Assembly (NCBI GenBank): GCA_036479435.1
Contig: JAZGFI010000017.1
Coordinates: 38,607 to 102,606, forward strand
DNA from: Planctomycetota bacterium
Lineage (GTDB): Bacteria; Planctomycetota; GCA-002687715; DRQF01
DNA length: 64,000 nucleotides
Direction of reading: 5' to 3'
Part shown: positions 25,659-34,651 of the stretch, piece after piece
Layout: each line of letters begins with the position of its first letter
Numbering within the stretch: position 1 is the stretch's first letter
The notes under the pieces: generated by a model
Told to the model about the DNA's origin: nothing
Databases searched by the model: none
The model's input: the letters and a program-made list of their open reading frames with translations, nothing else
Made by a program: the position numbers and the translations under genes

Positions 25659-27998
25659 ATGTTTATCCGATACTTGCTCAGTTCACTGCTCTTTTGCCTT
25701 TGCGCGAGCTTCGCGGCAGCACAGGGGATTAGTGACATTCGCCTTCACGAAGGCAAGCGTATTTGGCGCCCGGCACCCCGGCCGCAACCTCATGTGATCA
25801 TTAGTTCACACAAAGTGTCGGTGGCGATTCACGACGAAATCGCTACGACGACCGTGCGTCAGACTTTCCGCAGCAAATCACGCTACATCCTCGAGGGAAT
25901 TTACCTGTTTCCAATCCCGGCCGATGCGGTCCTCAAGGACTTTGCGATGACCATGAATGGGAAGATGGTGAAAGGTGAGGTGCTCGAGAGTGACAAAGCG
26001 CGCCGGATCTACGAGGGCATTGTGCGCCGCAATCGCGACCCGGGCCTTTTAGAATACGTCGGCAAGCGACTTTTCCGTGCCCGAGTTTTTCCTCTCAATC
26101 CGGGCGCGACGATCGACATTGAACTGAGCTACGTCGAATCGCTGCGACGCGAAGGCAACTTGGTTGAGTATCGCTACCCATTGAAGACCCAGACGTTTCG
26201 CCACGGTTCCGTAACGCAAGTGAGCGTTCAAGTCGCCATTGAGACCGCGTCGGAGCTGAAGACTGTTTTCTCGTCGTCACACGATATCGGTAAAGTGCGC
26301 AAGGGTGATCGCAAGATGACCTGCTCGTACGAAGCCAAGAACTCGGACGCCGAACGCGATTTCCAGCTCTACTTCAGCCGCAACGACCGCGCCTTCGGCC
26401 TCGACCTCCTCACCGAAAAAAGCGGCGATGGCCAAGGCCACTTCATGATGGTCTTGGCGCCGAAGCAGAATTTTACCGCCGATGAGATCCTGCCGAAGGA
26501 TGTCGTGTTTGTCGTCGACACCTCGGGCTCCATGCGCGAGGACGAGAAAATGGAGCAGGCAAAGAATGCTCTGCAATACGGCATTAAAGGGCTCAACTCT
26601 AACGATCGCTTTTCGATCGTGAGTTTCTCCACCGAGGCCCGGCCCATGAAGCCGGGGCTGACGGTCGTCAGCAAGGAGTCTGTCGCCGCTGCGATCGCGC
26701 ATATCAAGGGACTTGAAGCTCGCGGCGGCACCAACATCCACGAAGCCCTGACGAGTGCGATCAGAGGTTTTGCGAGCGAAGACGGCAGGGTCAACATCCT
26801 TGTCTTTTTGACGGACGGTCGTGCCACGGTCGGTGAAACGAGAATGCAGACCATCTTGAAGGAAGTAAAGACGTCGTCCAAAGTCCCGTTGCGACTGTTT
26901 TCCTTCGGCGTGGGCTATGACGTCAACACCGACCTCCTCGACGCTCTGGCCGATCAGAATCGGGGAACGCGAGATTACGTGACGCCTTCGCAGAACGTCG
27001 AAGTCGTGTTGTCGAGCTTTTTCGACAAGATCGCGAACCCGGTCATGAGCGACCTTGAGATCAGTGTCGACGGCGTCACGATCACTGACGTTTATCCAAA
27101 GCGGCTCCCCGATCTGTTCAAAGGCGGTGAGATCACGATCTTTGGTCGCTACGAGGGCACCGGCGTCAAGGCGATCCGACTCGAGGGGCGCATCGGCAAC
27201 ACGAAAAAGGAATACGTTTTCGAGGGCCGCTTTCAGAGCAAGTCGGACGGACGCGACTTCATTCCATTGCTGTGGGCGAAACGGAAAGTCGGCTACCTCT
27301 GGGATCAGATTCGCATCAACGGGAAGCAGGGCGAACTCCGCGATGAAATCGTTCGCTTGGGCAAAAAATACGGCATCGTGACGCCCTTTACTTCCTATCT
27401 CGTCCTTGAAGATAGCGACCGCCAGCAACTGCGACGGACCGACTCGGCGTCCAGACTTTTCGATCAGCGCAACCGCAGCGCCCGGTGGGGACGTCTTGGT
27501 GGAGTTAGCGGTAGTGACGGCAAGGCCAAGGATTCACCGAATGGCTCGCCTGCTCCCGGGTCGGCGGGTGGCTTCACGTCAGGCGGCGCCGTGCCTGCAG
27601 CGCGGGCGAAAGCGCCGGTCAATCTGGTGACCGGGACCAAAAAGGATGGCGTTCTGGACAGTCTCGTGCGCAAGTCTCTTCGCGAGGGAGGCCCGGCGGA
27701 ACAGTCGGAGGAAGAACGCGACCAAGCAAAGCGTGTTCGCATCAAAAGATTCGCTGCGCGTAGTTTCGAAATGAGGCAAGGCACCTGGGTTGACGTCGCG
27801 CTCGATAAGAAGTCGGACAAAGAGCGCGAGAAATTGCTGAAGAAGGTGAAGCCCTTCTCGACCGAGTACTTCGAGCTCATCGCGAAACACAAAGATCTCA
27901 GCAAGTTGCTGGCGGCCATGCCCAGTCTCATGATCGAGTTAGGCCACCAGATTATTTGGGTGCTGCCGGCGGAGACTCCGGCTCCTCCGGTGAAGTAG
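25659..27998 (+). CDS. Exported VIT + von Willebrand A domain protein
   Basis: AAGGAGG RBS; signal AAAQ; EGIYLFP...DPGLLEY (VIT); MIDAS DTSGS, GGTNI, LTDG; FGVGYDVN. Confidence 0.9.
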   Translation: MFIRYLLSSLLFCLCASFAAAQGISDIRLHEGKRIWRPAPRPQPHVIISSHKVSVAIHDEIATTTVRQTFRSKSRYILEGIYLFPIPADAVLKDFAMTMNGKMVKGEVLESDKARRIYEGIVRRNRDPGLLEYVGKRLFRARVFPLNPGATIDIELSYVESLRREGNLVEYRYPLKTQTFRHGSVTQVSVQVAIETASELKTVFSSSHDIGKVRKGDRKMTCSYEAKNSDAERDFQLYFSRNDRAFGLDLLTEKSGDGQGHFMMVLAPKQNFTADEILPKDVVFVVDTSGSMREDEKMEQAKNALQYGIKGLNSNDRFSIVSFSTEARPMKPGLTVVSKESVAAAIAHIKGLEARGGTNIHEALTSAIRGFASEDGRVNILVFLTDGRATVGETRMQTILKEVKTSSKVPLRLFSFGVGYDVNTDLLDALADQNRGTRDYVTPSQNVEVVLSSFFDKIANPVMSDLEISVDGVTITDVYPKRLPDLFKGGEITIFGRYEGTGVKAIRLEGRIGNTKKEYVFEGRFQSKSDGRDFIPLLWAKRKVGYLWDQIRINGKQGELRDEIVRLGKKYGIVTPFTSYLVLEDSDRQQLRRTDSASRLFDQRNRSARWGRLGGVSGSDGKAKDSPNGSPAPGSAGGFTSGGAVPAARAKAPVNLVTGTKKDGVLDSLVRKSLREGGPAEQSEEERDQAKRVRIKRFAARSFEMRQGTWVDVALDKKSDKEREKLLKKVKPFSTEYFELIAKHKDLSKLLAAMPSLMIELGHQIIWVLPAETPAPPVK

Positions 27999-28353
27999 TC
28001 TCTTCGTCGGAGTTCAGACTTTGAGGCGGCGCTGCACTTTCTTCGGAAGGTGACGCCGCCTCGGCTTTTTCTTTGGCCAGGCGGCGTTCGGTGGCGCGTT
28101 TCATCTCAGCCCGGGCAAATTCCTCGGAGAGTTGCCGACTCGCAGCCTCCGCGTCGTAACCGCGGTACTGGCGGGCGGCTCGCCAAAGCTTGAAGACGCC
28201 AAAAAGCAAGAGCGGCCAGATGAGGGCGTGAATGACCCAATCGTTGCTCAAAGCGAGCACCACAAAATGAATGCCCGCGCCGATTCCGAGGCCTAGCGCG
28301 AGCACCAAAAGGGCAAGGACCACGGTTCCGAGGCCAAATGGGCCATCTGACAT
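27952..28353 (-). CDS. Small two-TM membrane protein
   Basis: AAGG directly before ATG; two hydrophobic helices then charged tail; 47-bp convergent overlap with the VIT gene. Confidence 0.55.
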   Translation of the reverse strand: MSDGPFGLGTVVLALLVLALGLGIGAGIHFVVLALSNDWVIHALIWPLLLFGVFKLWRAARQYRGYDAEAASRQLSEEFARAEMKRATERRLAKEKAEAASPSEESAAPPQSLNSDEETTSPEEPESPPAAPK

Positions 28354-28474
28354 CCTTTTCTGCTCCTTTTGCCCGATTGTAGATGCTTCGTGGCATCCCT
28401 TTTGTGCGTCCTCGACCCTCCCTACAATGCTCCCGTATCGATAGGAATTCCAGCTTACGGAGAGTTCAGCTTCC

Positions 28475-30100
28475 ATGATCGCCAGCTCCAACGCATTCCG
28501 AGTCCTTTGCTTAGTCGGATTCGCGCTCGCCCTCGGGCTCATGCCAGCATCCCTGCTTGCTCAATCCTCTTCGACGCTCTTGATCGGAGACGATCTGGCC
28601 GACTTACGCGGAATGGCGCAGAAGAATCCCGCCAACATCGGGATGCGAATGCGCTTGGTCCAAAGAATGCTGTCGCTGGTTACGAGTGCGGACAACGTTC
28701 GCGCCAGAAGCAAACTGTTGGAAGAAGTCGAGAAAGAGCTTGAGGAGATCCGCAAGCTCGATCCCAAGTTTCCCTATCCCTACCGGTCTCTTGCGCGGCT
28801 GTATTACCGACGGGGCAAAAACGAGGAACTCATCAAGCTCCTGGATGCCTACAGCGAAATCGGAGCCAGCGACCAAGAGATGAAATCGCTCTACGTCAGG
28901 AACTTGTTGCGAATGGCAACCCGGCCCGAAAATCCGCAGCCTCGACGTAAAAAAGAGGCGGCGGCCTACGTCGGCGACTGGTTGGATTCCGGCGAGGCGC
29001 CGAGTTTCGGCCAAACTCTTGGTGCTTGCGCCGTGTGGCTGATCGATCGCGAGTTTCGCGAGGAACTGCTGGCGACTTTCAGCGATCGCTACGAAAAAGA
29101 CCACAGCAACCTCAATCTCGTCATTAGCTACGCGGCCTGCCTGCAGGCCCTCGGTCGCAACGAGTCGGCTTGGAAGCTCGTGAAGGACGCCGAGCAGTAC
29201 GGCCTGAGTGACACCATCACCGGCTCGCGCCATCCCGTCGCGCATTTGCTGCAGATGCAGTGCCCGGAGGTCAACGAGGAGGGTTCGTATTGGGACATGG
29301 ATGTTCCAAAAATTGACGAGCTCATGAAGGCCCACCCCAAAAATGCCTCTTTTCCTCTGCGCGCCGCGATCATCCACAAGCGTCGAGGTGATACCGCTTC
29401 GCGCCTCAAGCTGCTGTGCCAGCAAAAGATTGAGTTCGAGAACGAAAAAGCCGGGGGGAAGGCTCCCGCCGAGGCCGTTAAGGGCCTCAGCCAGCGTTGT
29501 ATTGACTTTGAAGCTAAGGCGAGAAATCACTACAAAGACGCCATTCCCTACGCCCTTAGGGCACGTGAGCTCAACCCCAAGCTTGAGGCGACACTCCTGG
29601 TTCTTGGCGATGCTCAATACAAGATCGGCAAGCTCGAGGAAGCCGTCCGTTACTTCAATGAGGGCTTGGTGCTCGTTCCTTTCTACCTCGATCTTCGCGA
29701 AGGGCTGGCCCAGGTTTACGTCGATCAGAAAAATTGGTCCGCTGCGGCTGAGCAACTGGCCGTGGTCTGCAAATCAACGGCGGTCGATGCCGACGGTTGG
29801 GACGACCTATCCGAGGACTCTCTGATTCCCGTGCCGCGCATTCCTCGTGAGAAACTCATGGTCTCCATGGCCGAGAACCCGGAAGCTCGCAAAGCGATGA
29901 TCGCGGTCTTCGAGAAAGCTGCTGCCGCGTCTCCCAAGAACCCCAACTTGCCCGGATTTTTGGCGATGATTCACTTCTTCGGCAAGGACAAGTCATCGGC
30001 ACAACGCTGGATGATGCAGGCCGAGCGAGTGGGGTTGTGCGGCGAAGAGGGCTCCGAACATCCCTTGGCAAGTTACATCGACAGTCGCGAGCGCTGGTAG
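28475..30100 (+). CDS. Exported TPR-repeat protein
   Basis: Signal LLAQ; TPR-like segments (LGDAQYKIGKLEEAVRYFNEGL). Confidence 0.75.
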   Translation: MIASSNAFRVLCLVGFALALGLMPASLLAQSSSTLLIGDDLADLRGMAQKNPANIGMRMRLVQRMLSLVTSADNVRARSKLLEEVEKELEEIRKLDPKFPYPYRSLARLYYRRGKNEELIKLLDAYSEIGASDQEMKSLYVRNLLRMATRPENPQPRRKKEAAAYVGDWLDSGEAPSFGQTLGACAVWLIDREFREELLATFSDRYEKDHSNLNLVISYAACLQALGRNESAWKLVKDAEQYGLSDTITGSRHPVAHLLQMQCPEVNEEGSYWDMDVPKIDELMKAHPKNASFPLRAAIIHKRRGDTASRLKLLCQQKIEFENEKAGGKAPAEAVKGLSQRCIDFEAKARNHYKDAIPYALRARELNPKLEATLLVLGDAQYKIGKLEEAVRYFNEGLVLVPFYLDLREGLAQVYVDQKNWSAAAEQLAVVCKSTAVDADGWDDLSEDSLIPVPRIPREKLMVSMAENPEARKAMIAVFEKAAAASPKNPNLPGFLAMIHFFGKDKSSAQRWMMQAERVGLCGEEGSEHPLASYIDSRERW

Positions 30101-30114
30101 GAAGGTCTCACTTC

Positions 30115-31167
30115 ATGCTTTTTGCATTTGCAGGGACTGATGGTGATGACACGGCATTGCGCTTGGAGGCCCGCCTTCAAGCCGGTGGCTTCGGCTATTG
30201 CCGCCGCATGGAGGCGTCCGGCCCCGCAATGTTTTGTCTGGAAAAAGCAGACGAGAAGATAGCGGCAGAGATTGAGGCTTGGCCCGAAGTCGCTCGAGTC
30301 TATTTGTCGTCAACGCCCTTTGCTCTGGTAACGCGGGATTTTCGATCGTCGGACACGGTGGTGCCCATCGGGGACACGAGCGTCGGTGGCGGTGAGGCGG
30401 TTGTGATCGCTGGTCCTTGCGGCGTCGAGGGCCGAGAGTCGCTCCTCGAAGTCGCAGCGGCGGTCAAAGCCGCCGGAGCCCACGCCTTGCGTGGCGGGGC
30501 TTTCAAGCCGCGTACGTCGCCCTATGCCTTTCAGGGTTTGGGGTCTGAGGGCTTGAAGTTTCTGGCCGATACTAAACTGAAGACGGGCCTCCCCATCGTC
30601 ACCGAAGTGATGTCGCCGGAAGATGTCGACGCGGTAGCCGAAGTTGCCGATGTCTTGCAGGTCGGCACCCGAAACATGCAGAACTTTCGACTGCTGGAGG
30701 CGGTCGGCAGAAGTCCCCGGCCCGTGCTCCTAAAACGCGGCATGATGGCGACGATTGACGAATTTCTGAGTGCGGCCGAGTACATACGATTGGGCGGCAA
30801 CGAACAGATCATTCTCTGTGAGCGCGGAATTCGAACTTTTGAAACCCGTACCCGTAACACTCTGGACTTGGCCGCGGTGGCCATCTTGAAGCGCGAGACC
30901 CATCTGCCGGTCCTCGTTGACCCCAGTCATGGGACGGGACTTTCAGAAATTGTGCCTGACCTTTGCCGCGCGGCGCTCGCCGTTGGCGCGGACGGCTTGC
31001 TGGTCGAAGTCCACGAGGCCCCAGAGCAGGCTCTTTCCGACGGGCGGCAATCTTTGCGCCTGGAGCGTTTTGCGAGTCTCATGGACGATCTGAGGCATCT
31101 TTCCCGGGCCTTGGGTCGGCCTCTGGCCCCGGCCGTGTCGTCCGAGATGCGGGCGCCAGCCCCTTAG
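30115..31167 (+). CDS. aroF: 3-deoxy-7-phosphoheptulonate (DAHP) synthase, type I-beta, with N-terminal regulatory domain
   Basis: IAGPC, RGGAFKPRTSPYAFQG, RNMQNF, LKRG, CERGIRTF, DPSH, EVH. Confidence 0.92.
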   Translation: MLFAFAGTDGDDTALRLEARLQAGGFGYCRRMEASGPAMFCLEKADEKIAAEIEAWPEVARVYLSSTPFALVTRDFRSSDTVVPIGDTSVGGGEAVVIAGPCGVEGRESLLEVAAAVKAAGAHALRGGAFKPRTSPYAFQGLGSEGLKFLADTKLKTGLPIVTEVMSPEDVDAVAEVADVLQVGTRNMQNFRLLEAVGRSPRPVLLKRGMMATIDEFLSAAEYIRLGGNEQIILCERGIRTFETRTRNTLDLAAVAILKRETHLPVLVDPSHGTGLSEIVPDLCRAALAVGADGLLVEVHEAPEQALSDGRQSLRLERFASLMDDLRHLSRALGRPLAPAVSSEMRAPAP

Positions 31168-31224
31168 GCTGACCGGTTCTTATCGCCACGATGGTCCGCC
31201 AAGACGAAAAAGCGACTCAAAACG

Positions 31225-31253
31225 TTGAAGACCGGCCTTCTGGGCCTTAATTT
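31225..31253 (+). promoter_or_regulatory. Putative promoter of tRNA-Met
   Basis: TTGAAG-17 bp-TAATTT, 10 nt upstream of the tRNA. Confidence 0.35.
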
Positions 31254-31263
31254 GTCTCGCTCT

Positions 31264-31337
31264 GGCGGCGTAGCTCAGTTGGTTAGAGCGAGGGATTCAT
31301 AAGCCCTAGGTCACTGGTTCAAATCCAGTCGTCGCTA
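31264..31337 (+). tRNA. tRNA with CAT anticodon, probably elongator Met; CCA not encoded
   Basis: GGCGGCG acceptor, TAGCTCAGTTGGTTAGAGC D-arm, AGGGA-TTCATAA-GCCCT anticodon arm, GGTTCAAATCC T-arm. Confidence 0.9.
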
Positions 31338-31341
31338 TTGA

Positions 31342-31421
31342 GAGAAAAGGCCAACCGCGCCAGTGCGGTTGGCCTTTTCTCGTTGAATCAACAGGCCAGA
31401 CGCACCCGCGTCTGGCCTGTT
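31342..31421. terminator. Two tandem hairpins between convergent genes (bidirectional terminator candidate)
   Basis: GAGAAAAGGCCAACCGC/GCGGTTGGCCTTTTCTC (17 bp, 31342-31381) and AACAGGCCAGACGC/GCGTCTGGCCTGTT (14 bp, 31390-31421). Confidence 0.75.
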
Positions 31422-31442
31422 CTCGTCGAATCGAATTTGAGC

Positions 31443-32105
31443 CTAAGTCCTCGCTGAGATCTGCAAGGACATGTGGCGGTCGCTGTCGATGGTGATCTCG
31501 AAGTCTTCGATTTTGGCGCCTCGGGCGGCCTCATCGAGTTCTTTTGGGGTCAGGGCAGCATGGAGGCTAGCCCGGAAAAGCTCCCGCTGCATGGGTGAGT
31601 CCTGGGCGGCGTGCTCGTCGACCAGTGCGAGGGCCGCTTCGGGATTCTGCGGGCGAAAAAGGTCGCGAATCAACAAGACCCCTCCGGGCCGAAGAACGCG
31701 CCAGCATTCGGCAAGGAAGGGCAGGGGATCGGGGATGTGGTGGAGAACGGTGTTGTTGACGACGGCGTCAAAATGACCGTCGGGAAAGCCCAGCGATTTT
31801 CCGTCGCCGAGAACGAAAGACAGGCGTGCCGCCTGATCTTTGGTGGTTTGGCGTCGATGTAACTCCGCGAGGTCCAACATGGTCTTGGCGGCGTCGAGGC
31901 CGACAACTTCTACGTCGCTCATGCGGGTGGCCATGAGGATCGACACTTGCCCCGGACCACAGCCGACGTCGAGGATGCGGCCTTTTGCCCCGAGACCAAT
32001 CAGGCGATCGACGAATGAGTTGTTCGGCACGCGGTGGTCCATCGCGTCGTAGCTACTCGCCTCGTCGACGGTGTCCATGTACTCGGGTTCAAGCGTTCGT
32101 TTCAT
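31443..32105 (-). CDS. Class I SAM-dependent methyltransferase
   Basis: RTLEPEYMD...YDAMDH; ILDVGCGPG; VLHH; LRPGG; GAGGTG RBS. Confidence 0.85.
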   Translation of the reverse strand: MKRTLEPEYMDTVDEASSYDAMDHRVPNNSFVDRLIGLGAKGRILDVGCGPGQVSILMATRMSDVEVVGLDAAKTMLDLAELHRRQTTKDQAARLSFVLGDGKSLGFPDGHFDAVVNNTVLHHIPDPLPFLAECWRVLRPGGVLLIRDLFRPQNPEAALALVDEHAAQDSPMQRELFRASLHAALTPKELDEAARGAKIEDFEITIDSDRHMSLQISART

Positions 32106-32120
32106 GACTTCAGTCACCTC

Positions 32121-34544
32121 TTAGTCACCCGAGTCGTTGGCGAGTTTGTGAAGTCGATCCAGGGATAATTGCGCGGCCTCATTGACCGTGTTGCGGGCCC
32201 ACTTGCCGGATTTGAGCCGCTTGCCGGCCTTAACTCCCGTGAGTAACTCGATGCCCTGATCGACATTTTCGATGGGATAGATGTGGAAAGTTCCCGCTTC
32301 GACGGCTTCGACGACGCGCTCCGCCAAACTGAGATCGCTGACGTTCGTATCTGGGATCATGGCGCCTTGCTTGCCCGTCAGTCCCATCATGACGCAGGTG
32401 TCAAAAAAGCCCTCGATCTTCTCGTTGACGCCGCCGACGGGTTGAACACGACCGAATTGATCAACGGAGCCGGTAACCGCCAAGTCTTGCCGCAGGGGCA
32501 AGCCGGTGAGAGCAGACAGCAACACGTAGATTTCTGTCGTCGATGCGCTATCGCCGTCGATGTAGCTGTAGGACTGTTCGAAACTAATCGAAGCGGAGAG
32601 CGTCAGTGCATGCTCTTGACCGTAGCGGCCATTCATGAAGCCTTGAAGGATCATGAGGCCCTTGTCGAAGGTCGAACCCGTCATCTCGACTTCGCGTTCG
32701 ACGTTCACGATCCCAGCCTTGCCGACACCAATAGAGCAGGTGATGCGCGCGGGCTTACCGAATTCGTGATCGAGCGTGCCCATGACCGTGAGGCCGTTTA
32801 TTTGCGCGACGCGTTGGCCGTCTGTGTCGATAAAAACGTCGCCCTCTTCGATCTGCCGATTGAGGATCTCTTCGAACAGGTTGTTGCGGTGGCGTTTCTC
32901 TTCGATCGCCTTGCGGACGAGCGCACAAGAAACCACCTTGGCACCGTCGGCGGCAGCTAAGTAGTCGGCTTCACGCATGAGGTCGGCAACTGGCGTAAAA
33001 ATGGTCGTGAGCCGTTTGCGATTCCCGGCGTATCGACCACTCTCGATCAAGATCCTCTCGAGAGCTCCGCGATCGAAGTCTCGCAGCTTTTCTTCGCGAA
33101 TGATGTGGACGAGCACGTCGACGTAGCGTTTCCGGTTTTCGGACGTGTTTTCGAGCGTGCTTTCGAAGTCGGCTTTGACTTTGAACAGCTTCCCGAAGTC
33201 CATGTCGTTTTCGAGCAAGGCGCCGTAGAGCCCGTGGCTGCCGATGACGATCACCTTCAGGTTGAGCGGCATTGGTTCGGGGATCATGCGCGGCACCCCC
33301 ATCAGGCTTTGCGCATCAGGCGGTTGAATGACGAGTTCAGAGGTGCGAAGACAGCGCGTTAGTTCCTCCCAGATCCTCTTGTCTCTGAGAAGGTCCTCTG
33401 CGTTGAGGATCAGGTACCCCCCCTGAGCCTTGACCAAGGCGCCGCCACGGATGCGTCTAAAATCGGTGCTGTAGGTGCCGGGGGCGACGGGATAGGTGTC
33501 AAAAGCGCCAAAGAGGTTTTGGTAAGTGGGGTTGTTCTCAATCACTACCGGGCAAGCTTCGCCGCGATTGCTCAAGATGACATTGACGTCGAACGCGGAC
33601 ATTTCTTCGATTGGCGTCTTTTCGGCCGGTGCGCCGTCGCCGTTTTCTTCCGGCTCTAGAAACTCAGCGAGGTTGTCGAGCAAGGACTTCTTGAGGGTCT
33701 TGGACCAACTAAGAATATCGCGACCGGCGAAATTGCGTTGGAGGTTTCGGACCAAACCCTCAATGAGCAAAGACACCGCTTCACGATCGCTATCCGCCAC
33801 TGCCGCCAAGTACTCACTGCGAACTTCTTGTTGAGTCGAGATGAGTTCGGTTAGCTCAGAAGCCAAGCCTTCGTAGGCTTGGCGAATCTTATCGGCGTCG
33901 TCAGCGCTGATCTTTTCCGCTTCAACCAGCGCGTCGATCTCCGAGACGTGAACGGTCTCTTCACCGTTGCGGTACAAAAGATCGGGGATGACCTGATTTG
34001 CGGTTTTTACCTGTGCGATGATGAACCCGGCGGCTTCAATCTTGTTCTTGAATTCCTCGGCCGGTCCGATGCTTTTCTTTTGATAGCGCTCTTCGATCCG
34101 ACTGCGGCGTTGCTTGGCATCGTCCGATCCCATGACCGCTTTGAGCTGGCGCGCAAAACTCTTGACCATCTCACGGACGGCCTCCTTGAATTTTGGGCCG
34201 CGGCCGCGCGGAAGCGATAGCAGGACTGGGCGGTCCGACTCCTCAAAGTTGTGGACGTAGCAAAAGTCATCGGTCAACGGGCAGCTGGGCTTCAGGCTTT
34301 CTACCAAACGCTTGAGCGTTCGCGTCCGACCGGTCCCGGCTAGCCCGCAGACAAAGGTGTTGTAGCCGCGATGATTGATCGCAAGCCCCATCCTTAGAGC
34401 CTTGAGCGCGCGCTCTTGGCCCAGGGGAATCGATGTCGCTTCGATTCCTAGGGTGCTTTCGTAGACATCCTCGGGGTTCTCGAGGGTCCACCGGATTTCA
34501 CTGGGACTGAGAGTGCGCGGGGCACGGTCACTCTTTTTACTCAC
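32121..34544 (-). CDS. Lon-family protease, LonC/LonB-like with degenerate AAA+ module
   Basis: GQERA; NPTYQNLFG; FKVKADF; QINGL; catalytic DGDSAS and GGVNEKIEGFF. Confidence 0.9.
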   Translation of the reverse strand: MSKKSDRAPRTLSPSEIRWTLENPEDVYESTLGIEATSIPLGQERALKALRMGLAINHRGYNTFVCGLAGTGRTRTLKRLVESLKPSCPLTDDFCYVHNFEESDRPVLLSLPRGRGPKFKEAVREMVKSFARQLKAVMGSDDAKQRRSRIEERYQKKSIGPAEEFKNKIEAAGFIIAQVKTANQVIPDLLYRNGEETVHVSEIDALVEAEKISADDADKIRQAYEGLASELTELISTQQEVRSEYLAAVADSDREAVSLLIEGLVRNLQRNFAGRDILSWSKTLKKSLLDNLAEFLEPEENGDGAPAEKTPIEEMSAFDVNVILSNRGEACPVVIENNPTYQNLFGAFDTYPVAPGTYSTDFRRIRGGALVKAQGGYLILNAEDLLRDKRIWEELTRCLRTSELVIQPPDAQSLMGVPRMIPEPMPLNLKVIVIGSHGLYGALLENDMDFGKLFKVKADFESTLENTSENRKRYVDVLVHIIREEKLRDFDRGALERILIESGRYAGNRKRLTTIFTPVADLMREADYLAAADGAKVVSCALVRKAIEEKRHRNNLFEEILNRQIEEGDVFIDTDGQRVAQINGLTVMGTLDHEFGKPARITCSIGVGKAGIVNVEREVEMTGSTFDKGLMILQGFMNGRYGQEHALTLSASISFEQSYSYIDGDSASTTEIYVLLSALTGLPLRQDLAVTGSVDQFGRVQPVGGVNEKIEGFFDTCVMMGLTGKQGAMIPDTNVSDLSLAERVVEAVEAGTFHIYPIENVDQGIELLTGVKAGKRLKSGKWARNTVNEAAQLSLDRLHKLANDSGD

Positions 34545-34651
34545 GTTGCTATTCCTTTTGGAGGCGATCTGCAGGTCTTGGTTCGGGTCATTTGAGCAGA
34601 AGTATCCCCGGTCGGCTACCCGACCCGCTGGCTGGGGATTACGATGCTGGC

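Noticed and set aside
16191..29755. Long antisense ORFs (e.g. 16191-17075, 17397-18275, 26277-27428, 28604-29755)
   Set aside because: Shadows of well-supported sense genes in GC-rich DNA; no recognisable motifs.
31342..31433. Mini-CRISPR from two similar palindromes
   Set aside because: Only two abutting units, no spacers, no cas genes.
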